Shown here in pieces: positions 16,302 through 24,328 of a stretch of 32,000 bases of DNA. How positions within the stretch are numbered: the first letter of the stretch is position 1; every line of letters begins with the position of its first letter. The DNA lies in contig CAZKBG010000002.1 of the NCBI GenBank assembly GCA_964551375.1, forward strand, positions 15,558 to 47,557. The letters run 5' to 3'. Below the pieces are notes generated by a model, which was not told the origin of the DNA, made no database searches, and saw only the letters and a program-made list of their open reading frames with translations. The DNA is from an uncultured archaeon (lineage in GTDB: Archaea > Iainarchaeota > Iainarchaeia > Iainarchaeales > JAAZKV01). The position numbers were made by a program, and so were the translations under genes.

Positions 16302-19300
16302 AAAACAAAAAAACGGGTAAAAAAATGGCTAAAGAAAGAAATAATTCTGAAGAATATCCTGATTATAAAACAAGTTACGCTGCCGAAAACGCTGAAGGCG
16401 GGTTTCCTATAAAAAAACTGCTGGTAATTGCGGGGGCAGTTGTAGTAATAATAATTATAGCAATACTTGCAATAAACCTTCTTGGGCAGACAAATAACGC
16501 GCTCTTTTATGATGTGTTTGGAAATATTTTGGGCTCAAAAGTTAGCATCTCAAAAGACGGGAAATTAATCGACTCATTTAACACTGACGGGGATGTGCTT
16601 CATTTGTCGGGAAACCCAAACGGGGATATTGATGTGGCAGTAAGACCCGGGAGCATATTATTCTCAAACAAAAATATTTCAGTCAATCTAAAATCAGGAG
16701 GAAAAATTGTAGTCAAAACAAGCCAAAGCGGAGCGGTTTATGTTGATGAAAATGGAATAGTTCATGTAATAATTAACCCACTTGAAGACTTAAATATCCC
16801 GGGGCATTACGATGACGAAACAGGCGAATTTATTATTGACGACCCGAATGTGGAAATTATTATAGAATATGTAATAGACGATCCAGACAGCGGCGAAACA
16901 GTAATTGTTGAACTTGAAGCGGATTTATCACTTTTAGAATCCCAGCAGGACGGATGCCTTTCATTAAGCAAAACAATGGTGAGAGATGTTACTCACTACG
17001 GAACACTTGAAACACCGACTACAATAAAATTACTTTGCGAACCGCAGGGGGAAATAGTAGCATTGCTTGAATGGAAAAGCGAAAGAATGGGAAATGTTGA
17101 AGTGGTATTTGGAAATTATTCATCCTCAACCCTTCTTGAAAAATATGAAAAGCCGATATTAATGCCAAAAGATTATTCTTACAATGCAAAAATAATTTAC
17201 ACTCCATTTAAGGAATTTGCAGGGCAAAAAGCGCAGTTCAATGTGAATATTCGATACGAAGCAAGCAAAGGCTCAATACAATTTGACGTCGCAAATGACA
17301 ATCTTGAACAGTGCATTGGAATAACTCCTGAAAAACTTCTTATCCCAAAAGGACAGGATGAAACTTCTATTACAATTGACGCTTCCACATGCCATTCTGA
17401 AAAAATTGAAGTATATCTCTGCGACGGCGACAGCGGATGCACTGGAGGCGCGCCAGAAGGGCAGATTGGAGTAGAACAACAAATGTTTGTATTAAGCCCA
17501 AAATCAAATCCTAAAAAAACAATCACTCTCTCAAGAGTGGATTTGCCTGGAGCTTATGGAATTACAATTCACGCAAGAACACCAAAAGCTGACAAAATAT
17601 TAATCGGAGAAGAAACACTAATTGTTGAGCCAAACGGAACAGAAGAACTTACTCCTGATAAATTTGTAATATCTTTAATGGGCGGAGCAAAAGACTCAAT
17701 GAGAATAACAAATACTTCCTTAGCTGAAGACATTGATGTTGACGCGTCAATTTGCTCGGTGTACAAAAATTCGCTTGGAACAATAGCCGAAAGCGAAGCA
17801 GGAAGCAATTACGGAATGGGCTTTCATAATGTGAGCGTATACTCGCAATCCTGGTGGAAAGACTTAAGGACAAGCTCGTCTAAATTTTCAGGAGACGGAA
17901 AATACCAAGCCGCTTTTACTAACACACTTGTTGAAATTGATTACCTTAGATACATAGCGCAGGCATACTCCGCAGAGAAAAATTACAAAATCAAAAAATC
18001 TTACATGGACCTAAAAGGAATGCCTGTAAAAGCGCAGATTTTGGTTGACGAAGCTGCGGTTGGAGTAACTAAAGCGCAGGATTTGAAAGATAAAATGGAC
18101 GCGGCGAATGAATTTGCTGAAGCAAATTTTGCGAGCCAGATTGTTTCTACCATAAGTTCTATTACAGGGCTTGCGACAACATATGCAATTCTTCAAATAG
18201 ACCTTACAACCTTGCAGGGGTATATTGAGACAATTAATGCCTGTCCGCCAGCAGTAGCTCCTTTGAAAGTTGCTACTCAAGCGCTTGCAAGAGCAAACAG
18301 TTCTACTGCAGTAAATGTAGCCACAGTTGCTGAGGGGATAAGCGCGGTAAATAGTATTTATTCAATATATCAAAATGTTGACAGCGTGACAAAAGAGACT
18401 GATGAAATAAATGCTACTGGCGCGCTTGAAGAAGCTAAAAACGTGCAGTCAAAAATAAAGGATGCAAAAAGCAAAATTGACAGTGCAAATAAAAATGTCT
18501 CGCTTGCGCTTGGCGAAGCCTCAATTGATGAATTCAAAAAATCTTCCGAACAAGACTATAAAGCAGAGGAATATTTGCGAAAAGCAAGAGAGGATATGCT
18601 TGATGCAAATGCGCTTTTAAAAGAAGCATTAACTTCGCAATTAAAAGCGAATGATTTTATCACAACAGTGCTTCCTGAATTGCCAAGCACCTCAGACACT
18701 GTTGTTCAAGGAGTTCAGCTTTTAGTTCAGCTTGTTACAATGCTTGGGATTGTTCATACACAAAGCGCCTTGATACAGGAAGCAATAACTGAAACATCCG
18801 CCGCAATGAAAGCCACTACAAGCGCTGTTGCCAGCGGGTGCAGCGCAGTAGCAACTTCAGAAGCATGTTGCCCTGTAATAGGCACTGACACAATGGCTGA
18901 AATAGAAGTGTCAAAATTACAGGCAAATTCTGCACTCTCTGTTGCAAGTGCATTATCAGTGCTTAACGCAGTTCAAACGGTATACTCAGCTTTTAGCACT
19001 TACAACACAATGACAAACGATTACACTGAACAGTTCAATAAAGTAAACGAGCAGTTCTCAACAAATGTTCAGGATATTTATGATATGCAGGATGAAGTAA
19101 AGCAGAGCCTAAAGAGCCTGCCTGAAGGAATTGACGCCGCAGAGTGGCTTGGGGATAAGGAAACGCAGGCAAGCAAAGCCGCAGGATACAGTTCAATAGT
19201 TGATTTGCCTGAAAGCTATAATAAAGAAAGACTCACAGGGCTTATTGGAACTGCTTTGATAAACGGATTTGTAAACGGGGCATACATCGGAGGAGTGTAT

Positions 19301-21520
19301 AATACAAAAGACACTACTTTTACAACAAGCGCTTCAGCGCTTAATACTGCTGCAAAAGAAAAAGATGCTAATACAAAAAAAATAAGCTTTGAAGAGAATA
19401 ATTTTGGATTAAAAGAAAACTGCGACAACATGGTGAGAATCACAGTTCCTGATTATAAAACAAATTTAATGCAGGACGCAAAACCGATAACAATCTCTCT
19501 TGACACAGTAAATGCAGTGTGGAGCTTTGATGAAGCAAAAGTATTTGATGTATTTGAAAGCCAGGAAGTGGGCGTAATTTTTGCAAATGCAGGGCTTAGA
19601 AAAAATTCTTTTGGAACAGTTGAATTTAAGGCAACTAAACATGAAAACGCAAATCCCTCAACTGTGACAAGCGGAACGTTCGGACCGTTTAATGTTCCTG
19701 ATATTTCACAAAATGAAATTTCGCAAAAATATCACATTAAATTCAATGTTGAGCCGAGAAAGGGGAATACATTCGTTCCTCTTCAGAATAATTTGTGCAC
19801 TAATGAGCTGTTAAGGGGAAAAAGCGGAAGCGCCGCGCTCCCTAATATATTATTTTCTTGGGACTGGAACAGCGTTGCGGGGCTTGGCGCTTTAAAAAAT
19901 CCTATAAAACAAAATACTTTTAGAACTGCAAGAATCGGAACAGGCGAGGGCGAGCCTTTTATTGACGCAGTGCAATTAAGCATACTAATGAGCAAAAAAC
20001 TCGGCGCGTTAAATTCTTTTTTAAGCCAAAACACGCTTGAGTGTCCAACCAATCCTTCAAGATTAATACTTGGCGCGATAAAACCTGTTATTGTTGATAA
20101 GGACGGACAATTTGCCGACAAGGAACTGGAAGATATTGAATTTGACTGCTTTATGCCCTTGACGACAAAAACTTATGACGGCAAGCCGGCTCTTTATTAT
20201 TATTTAACATCCTCTCCGTTAAATGAAGCTCCTGAAGGAATAAGCGACGCCGAGGTTGTGAGCACTGCTGATGAATTTTTAGGACTTGTTGATTTTAATG
20301 CAAACCTTATGAGAGACGGATACGGATTTGACATGCAATATGATTATGCTGACAGCTATTCAAGAAAAATACTTGTTGCTGCGCCGTCATTTTTGGACTC
20401 TTCAACGGGAGCAAAAAAGTTCTTCCTTGACAAAGACAGATTGTTTTACACTTCTGAAGCAAATTTCTTCCTTGCTCAAAGAGCGTGGAATCTTCCTGAT
20501 GCTGGAAAATACAGGGTTAGAATGCTAATTGATTTTGACGGATATCCTGCCATATTTAGAGGCTCTTCGCCTGCTGCAAAAATAAAAGTTGAATTATATT
20601 CTCTTGAGCCTGTAAGCTCAAATTTCAGCCCGTTTTATTACGTGCCAATAGACGGAGCAGTAGGAGCTGAAGTAAACAATAACCGCTACGGATACGGAAC
20701 ATCACTTACTGGGCCTAATCCCGAGCCAATAATGGTTTCAAATACTGATTCAATCGCGCTTGTTTCAAGACAAAAAGATTCGCTTGTAAAGATACTTGAA
20801 ACAAAATTAAGCAGATTTGGAATAGAAAACTACTCGCCTTCTCTTAGAGGAAAAGTAATCACGCTTCAGTATAATTATAATACAAAAACACTTGATGATG
20901 GAAATTCATACTTCCTTTACTCTCCTGTGGTTGGAACTCCTGTTATTGTAAAAGCAAACGGGACTGCTGGAGAGAGCACAGCATATGTTTATTCTTTACT
21001 ATTTAATGGAAGAGAATTTGACCCAGGAACGCAAAATCTTCTTCTTTGGACAGGAGTAAACAGCTGCACAAATCTTGCAGGACAGCCTATAACAAAAAAT
21101 TATAACAGGACAGGGGATTCAGTTCTTGGAGGCGCGTATTCAATAAATCTGCCAAAAAGCGAGGTGGGCGGCTCGACTTTACTAAAAACAGTTGTATATT
21201 CTCCGATTGATGATATGTATGCAATATCAAAGCAAGAAAACGGAGCAATGTACACAACAGGCGAGCCAAATGGTGCTGCAAATCCAGTTGCGCTTGCAGG
21301 AATTACGGGAATGTATGGAAACGACAAAGCAAACGCTTCAGTTCCAAATTATCTTGAAAGAATGTTTGCAAGCGTTGAAAAAGGAGATTTGTGCATTTCA
21401 AGAACAAGCTCAAGAGAATCAATGTGGTGGAGCGAGGAAAGTTTGTTTAAGAAAAGTCTGGCTGGAAAAGAATCTCTTTACCAAAGAGAAGAAGCGCTAA
21501 AATCACAATGCGCAAGATAA
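16289..21520 (+). CDS. Giant (1743 aa) N-terminally membrane-anchored surface protein P2: beta-rich N-terminal part, ~400-aa alpha-helical A/S/T/Q-rich insert, and a C-terminal module homologous to P1
   Basis: Uninterrupted 5.2-kb ORF. The start is either ATG 16289 (13-nt overlap with P1) or ATG 16325 ('MAKERNN'). Single TM 'LLVIAGAVVVIIIIAILAINLL'. C-terminal blocks align with P1 (see findings). Confidence 0.8.
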   Translation: MRRIKNKKTGKKMAKERNNSEEYPDYKTSYAAENAEGGFPIKKLLVIAGAVVVIIIIAILAINLLGQTNNALFYDVFGNILGSKVSISKDGKLIDSFNTDGDVLHLSGNPNGDIDVAVRPGSILFSNKNISVNLKSGGKIVVKTSQSGAVYVDENGIVHVIINPLEDLNIPGHYDDETGEFIIDDPNVEIIIEYVIDDPDSGETVIVELEADLSLLESQQDGCLSLSKTMVRDVTHYGTLETPTTIKLLCEPQGEIVALLEWKSERMGNVEVVFGNYSSSTLLEKYEKPILMPKDYSYNAKIIYTPFKEFAGQKAQFNVNIRYEASKGSIQFDVANDNLEQCIGITPEKLLIPKGQDETSITIDASTCHSEKIEVYLCDGDSGCTGGAPEGQIGVEQQMFVLSPKSNPKKTITLSRVDLPGAYGITIHARTPKADKILIGEETLIVEPNGTEELTPDKFVISLMGGAKDSMRITNTSLAEDIDVDASICSVYKNSLGTIAESEAGSNYGMGFHNVSVYSQSWWKDLRTSSSKFSGDGKYQAAFTNTLVEIDYLRYIAQAYSAEKNYKIKKSYMDLKGMPVKAQILVDEAAVGVTKAQDLKDKMDAANEFAEANFASQIVSTISSITGLATTYAILQIDLTTLQGYIETINACPPAVAPLKVATQALARANSSTAVNVATVAEGISAVNSIYSIYQNVDSVTKETDEINATGALEEAKNVQSKIKDAKSKIDSANKNVSLALGEASIDEFKKSSEQDYKAEEYLRKAREDMLDANALLKEALTSQLKANDFITTVLPELPSTSDTVVQGVQLLVQLVTMLGIVHTQSALIQEAITETSAAMKATTSAVASGCSAVATSEACCPVIGTDTMAEIEVSKLQANSALSVASALSVLNAVQTVYSAFSTYNTMTNDYTEQFNKVNEQFSTNVQDIYDMQDEVKQSLKSLPEGIDAAEWLGDKETQASKAAGYSSIVDLPESYNKERLTGLIGTALINGFVNGAYIGGVYNTKDTTFTTSASALNTAAKEKDANTKKISFEENNFGLKENCDNMVRITVPDYKTNLMQDAKPITISLDTVNAVWSFDEAKVFDVFESQEVGVIFANAGLRKNSFGTVEFKATKHENANPSTVTSGTFGPFNVPDISQNEISQKYHIKFNVEPRKGNTFVPLQNNLCTNELLRGKSGSAALPNILFSWDWNSVAGLGALKNPIKQNTFRTARIGTGEGEPFIDAVQLSILMSKKLGALNSFLSQNTLECPTNPSRLILGAIKPVIVDKDGQFADKELEDIEFDCFMPLTTKTYDGKPALYYYLTSSPLNEAPEGISDAEVVSTADEFLGLVDFNANLMRDGYGFDMQYDYADSYSRKILVAAPSFLDSSTGAKKFFLDKDRLFYTSEANFFLAQRAWNLPDAGKYRVRMLIDFDGYPAIFRGSSPAAKIKVELYSLEPVSSNFSPFYYVPIDGAVGAEVNNNRYGYGTSLTGPNPEPIMVSNTDSIALVSRQKDSLVKILETKLSRFGIENYSPSLRGKVITLQYNYNTKTLDDGNSYFLYSPVVGTPVIVKANGTAGESTAYVYSLLFNGREFDPGTQNLLLWTGVNSCTNLAGQPITKNYNRTGDSVLGGAYSINLPKSEVGGSTLLKTVVYSPIDDMYAISKQENGAMYTTGEPNGAANPVALAGITGMYGNDKANASVPNYLERMFASVEKGDLCISRTSSRESMWWSEESLFKKSLAGKESLYQREEALKSQCAR

Positions 21521-21565
21521 AATCCAAACTTACTTAACAGAAAAGTATTTTTAAGTTCTTGTAAA

Positions 21566-22531
21566 TTAGTCTCTGTCAATTATTTTTGTCTTGTACTTTG
21601 AAGACTTGTTTTTTAGAAGAATAATTCGTGAGTTCTCTTTTTCAGATTCATACTTATATGAAGGCATCTTAGACAAAAGTCGCTTAGCAAAGTCTTTTGT
21701 GTATTCATGGCTCGGCGTGTTTTCTTCTTTTAATCTCTGCCTTGAAAAACCAAGCCACATATATGATTTAACTTCAATAAAATCGCTCCCTGTTGCTTCC
21801 AGCATTTCAGCAAATTCATTAATAGTTTCATCTGAATCATTTAATCCCTTGATTACAGTCAGGCGGATTACTGTTCTTGTATTTAGAAGCGAAAGCGACG
21901 CAAGGGACTTTAGATAATTCATCCAGCCGTTTTTTTCAGCGTTCTTTGTAATCTTCTTCCAAGTCTCCTCATTTGGACCCACCATTGAAACATAAAGCTG
22001 GGTTGGAAGAGAATTCTTCTTTTCAAGAGCCAAAAGCATTTTTGGATTCTGTCCGTTAGTGACTAAAAAAACAGTTTCAGTTCCAGGCCTTTCTTTAATC
22101 AATTTAATCAATTCGGGAAGTTTTTTATAAAGCGTAGGCTCCCCGCTTAGAGAAATTGCCCAGTGCCTCTGTTCATTAGCCTTGGCAAAAACTTCTTTTG
22201 AAACATTATTGTGCCCTCCAAATCCTGAAATCAATTTTTTTCTTCTTTCAATTAATCCTTTAATTAATTCTTTTGGGTCGCTTGGCTCATTTGGCTGTCC
22301 TTTCATGTATTCCATGGGGCGCCAGCAGAATACACAGGAGTTATTGCACCAAAAAGTTGTTGGAGCTATCTGGTGGCATGAAATAGTATCAGCGCCGTAA
22401 AAATCCTGCTTGTAGCAATTTCCCTGCCCTCTTAAGGATTTTTTGTTCCACTCGCAAATTTGAATGCCGGCATCTTCGTAAAAGCCGTACTTTTTGTGCT
22501 CAAATGCCTTGATTAAATCCTGTTTTTTCAT
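21566..22531 (-). CDS. taw1: tRNA 4-demethylwyosine synthase (Taw1/TYW1-type radical SAM enzyme)
   Basis: The radical-SAM motif CxxxCxxC ('WCNNSCVFCWRP') is preceded by three Cys ('ICEW', 'NCYKQDFYG', 'SCHQIAP'). These match the auxiliary-cluster region of archaeal Taw1. The ~320-aa length is typical. Confidence 0.8.
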   Translation of the reverse strand: MKKQDLIKAFEHKKYGFYEDAGIQICEWNKKSLRGQGNCYKQDFYGADTISCHQIAPTTFWCNNSCVFCWRPMEYMKGQPNEPSDPKELIKGLIERRKKLISGFGGHNNVSKEVFAKANEQRHWAISLSGEPTLYKKLPELIKLIKERPGTETVFLVTNGQNPKMLLALEKKNSLPTQLYVSMVGPNEETWKKITKNAEKNGWMNYLKSLASLSLLNTRTVIRLTVIKGLNDSDETINEFAEMLEATGSDFIEVKSYMWLGFSRQRLKEENTPSHEYTKDFAKRLLSKMPSYKYESEKENSRIILLKNKSSKYKTKIIDRD

Positions 22532-22642
22532 AACGAACAGCTCAATTTTATTATTTTATCGTAACAAATGAACGCGAAGGAATGCTTATAAACAAAATGA
22601 ATAAACTATTCCTTACAATCTTTTTGGGATAATTAGGGGTGT

Positions 22643-23083
22643 ATGGAAATGGAAGGATCAATTCAATTTATAGCAAACTACGACGACTGGAAGGCGATAA
22701 GAAAACAAACTATTACTGAAAAGACTTCTCCGCTTGTGGTTGCTGAGTTTTTAGCGAGCCTTACAAACAGCGTTGACGGGAAAGTTGAAGCAAATTTAAG
22801 AAAGATTGTTGCGCTTGAAAAACTTGACAAAGCAATTGATGAACTCGGGCTTGCAAAAGGCGATGCTGTGAGAGCGATGGAAGAAATTAACACACGAAAA
22901 GTATCTTCTGTAATTAATGAAATAAGCGCTGTTCCAACACTTCAAAAGAACCAGCAGAAAGAAGTTGCTGACTTCTGCAAAACTTATGCTACAAGAAAAT
23001 GCCTTAAAGCGTGCGGGTTGATAATTGATTATTCACAGATACAAATACCTGGGATGGGGAGACTAAAGAAAGCAAAAGTATAA
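22643..23083 (+). CDS. Hypothetical cytoplasmic protein (146 aa)
   Basis: Clean ORF with SD 'aggggtg' just upstream. Predicted helical, no TM, no recognisable motif. Confidence 0.5.
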   Translation: MEMEGSIQFIANYDDWKAIRKQTITEKTSPLVVAEFLASLTNSVDGKVEANLRKIVALEKLDKAIDELGLAKGDAVRAMEEINTRKVSSVINEISAVPTLQKNQQKEVADFCKTYATRKCLKACGLIIDYSQIQIPGMGRLKKAKV

Positions 23084-23182
23084 TTTTGCTTTTTAGTTTT
23101 ATTTTTATTTTGATTATTTGGGTTAAAATTAACTAATAACTCAAATTATTGGACATATTTTTGGCTAATGCGGGTGTTGTGA

Positions 23183-24061
23183 TTGATTTTCAATGAAATT
23201 ATAATAAATCAATTCTTCCAAAGCTACTCAACCCCTCTTCTTGATTTGATTGTGAAAGCAAGCACTTACATGGGGCATCCGGGGCCGTGGATTCTTCTTG
23301 CAGCATGGCTTTTCTGGCTGGGATATGAAAGAAAAAGCTTTGTTATAATGTCAATAATTCTTTTCGCAGGCGCAATAGCAGGAGCCATGAAAATATTTAT
23401 CGCAAGGCCCCGCCCAGAAGGAATACTTCTATTGGACCATGAAGTCACTTATTCCATGCCTTCGGGACACACAACTCTAATAACTTCATTTGCAACATTT
23501 GGATGGTTCAAAAAAACCTTAAAAAAACCGCTAAAAATATTGCTGGTGATTGCAGTAATCATAGTTGCAATTTCAAGAATATATCTTGGAGTTCACTACT
23601 TCACAGATGTAATTGTTGGACTGCTGCTTGGGCTTTTAATCGGCTGGGCAGTAATTAAAATCGAAGCAAAAATCCACAAAATGCACTTTCATATTACAAA
23701 AATACAAGATGAATACCTTGCGGTCGGATTTTTTGTTCTCGCAGTAATGTTTTACATGTTCATTCAAAGCGCATACCCTGAAGCATTTGCATTATTCGGA
23801 TACTTTGCGGGATACGCGCTTTACAGACATTCAGGCGTTGACTTAAAGCCCGTTCAGACAACAAAACAAGCAGTTGTGATTGTGGTGTTTGGAACACTAA
23901 TAACAGGCGCGATATATTATCTTGCAACAAAAGCAACAGGACTTGATTCAGTCGGATTATACTTCTTAACAGGACTATTTGTCACAGTATTCTGGCCGGT
24001 TATAATACATAAATACGTAATCAAAAGAGAAGAACACAAAGCAAAAAAGAAAAAGAAATGA
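23183..24061 (+). CDS. PAP2-family (type 2 phosphatidic acid / polyprenyl-diphosphate) phosphatase, integral membrane
   Basis: All three PAP2 motifs are present: 'KIFIARPRP' (KxxxxxxRP), 'MPSGHT' (PSGH) and 'SRIYLGVHYFTDV' (SRxxxxxHxxxD). Multiple TM helices. The start is uncertain (TTG 23183 or a later in-frame Met). Confidence 0.8.
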   Translation: MIFNEIIINQFFQSYSTPLLDLIVKASTYMGHPGPWILLAAWLFWLGYERKSFVIMSIILFAGAIAGAMKIFIARPRPEGILLLDHEVTYSMPSGHTTLITSFATFGWFKKTLKKPLKILLVIAVIIVAISRIYLGVHYFTDVIVGLLLGLLIGWAVIKIEAKIHKMHFHITKIQDEYLAVGFFVLAVMFYMFIQSAYPEAFALFGYFAGYALYRHSGVDLKPVQTTKQAVVIVVFGTLITGAIYYLATKATGLDSVGLYFLTGLFVTVFWPVIIHKYVIKREEHKAKKKKK

Positions 24062-24150
24062 TTTTTTTCCTCCCAAGCGCCTACTCAAAAGCTTTAAAAA
24101 CATCCCTTGCTAAATTCTACTTAAGGGAGAGCTGCGAAGCAAACTCTAAT

Positions 24151-24328
24151 CCCCCCTTAGTTTAGTAGCTAGAACGCTCGGCTGTAGCACGGGCTTTTCT
24201 TTTTAAAAAGAAAAGCCACGGTTCCAAAAGAAAAATTGGTGCCGCTGGAACACCAGCACTAAAAAATAGTTCTGGAGAAGTCACGTAAAGTGACCGAGAT
24301 ATCCCCGGTGCAATTCTGGGAGGGGGGA
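24151..24328 (+). tRNA. tRNA-Tyr (anticodon GUA) interrupted by a 105-nt intron at the canonical 37/38 position
   Basis: Manual fold. Acceptor CCCCCCT/AGGGGGG gives C1:G72, the archaeal/eukaryal tyrosine identity pair. Discriminator A73; D stem GTTT/GAAC. The anticodon stem CTCGG (24177-24181) pairs with CCGAG (24294-24298). The loop is CT-GTA-G | intron | A. Variable loop ATATC; T arm CCCGG-TGCAATT-CTGGG. D and T loops are atypical (no GG in the D loop; TGC instead of TTC). Confidence 0.75.
24188..24292 (+). other. tRNA-Tyr intron (105 nt) with internal hairpins and a relaxed bulge-helix-bulge at the splice sites
   Basis: A BHB can be drawn. The anticodon stem is followed by a 3-nt bulge (T24291 G24292 A24293). 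The central helix pairs C32-T33-G34-T35 with 24287-24290 (3 of 4 pairs). A second 3-nt bulge is A36 G37 C24188. An outer helix pairs 24189-24191 with 24284-24286. The intron holds a perfect 26-nt palindrome 'ggcttttctttttaaaaagaaaagcc' (24192-24217) and the hairpin 'gctgg-aaca-ccagc' (24244-24257). Confidence 0.65.

Noticed and set aside
17419-17450. 'CDGDSGCTGG' in P2, resembling the GDSGG catalytic-serine motif of trypsin-like proteases
   Set aside because: The motif is interrupted (GDSG-CT-GG). I see no surrounding His/Asp catalytic context or protease-like flanks. It lies in a Cys-rich beta region and is probably coincidental.
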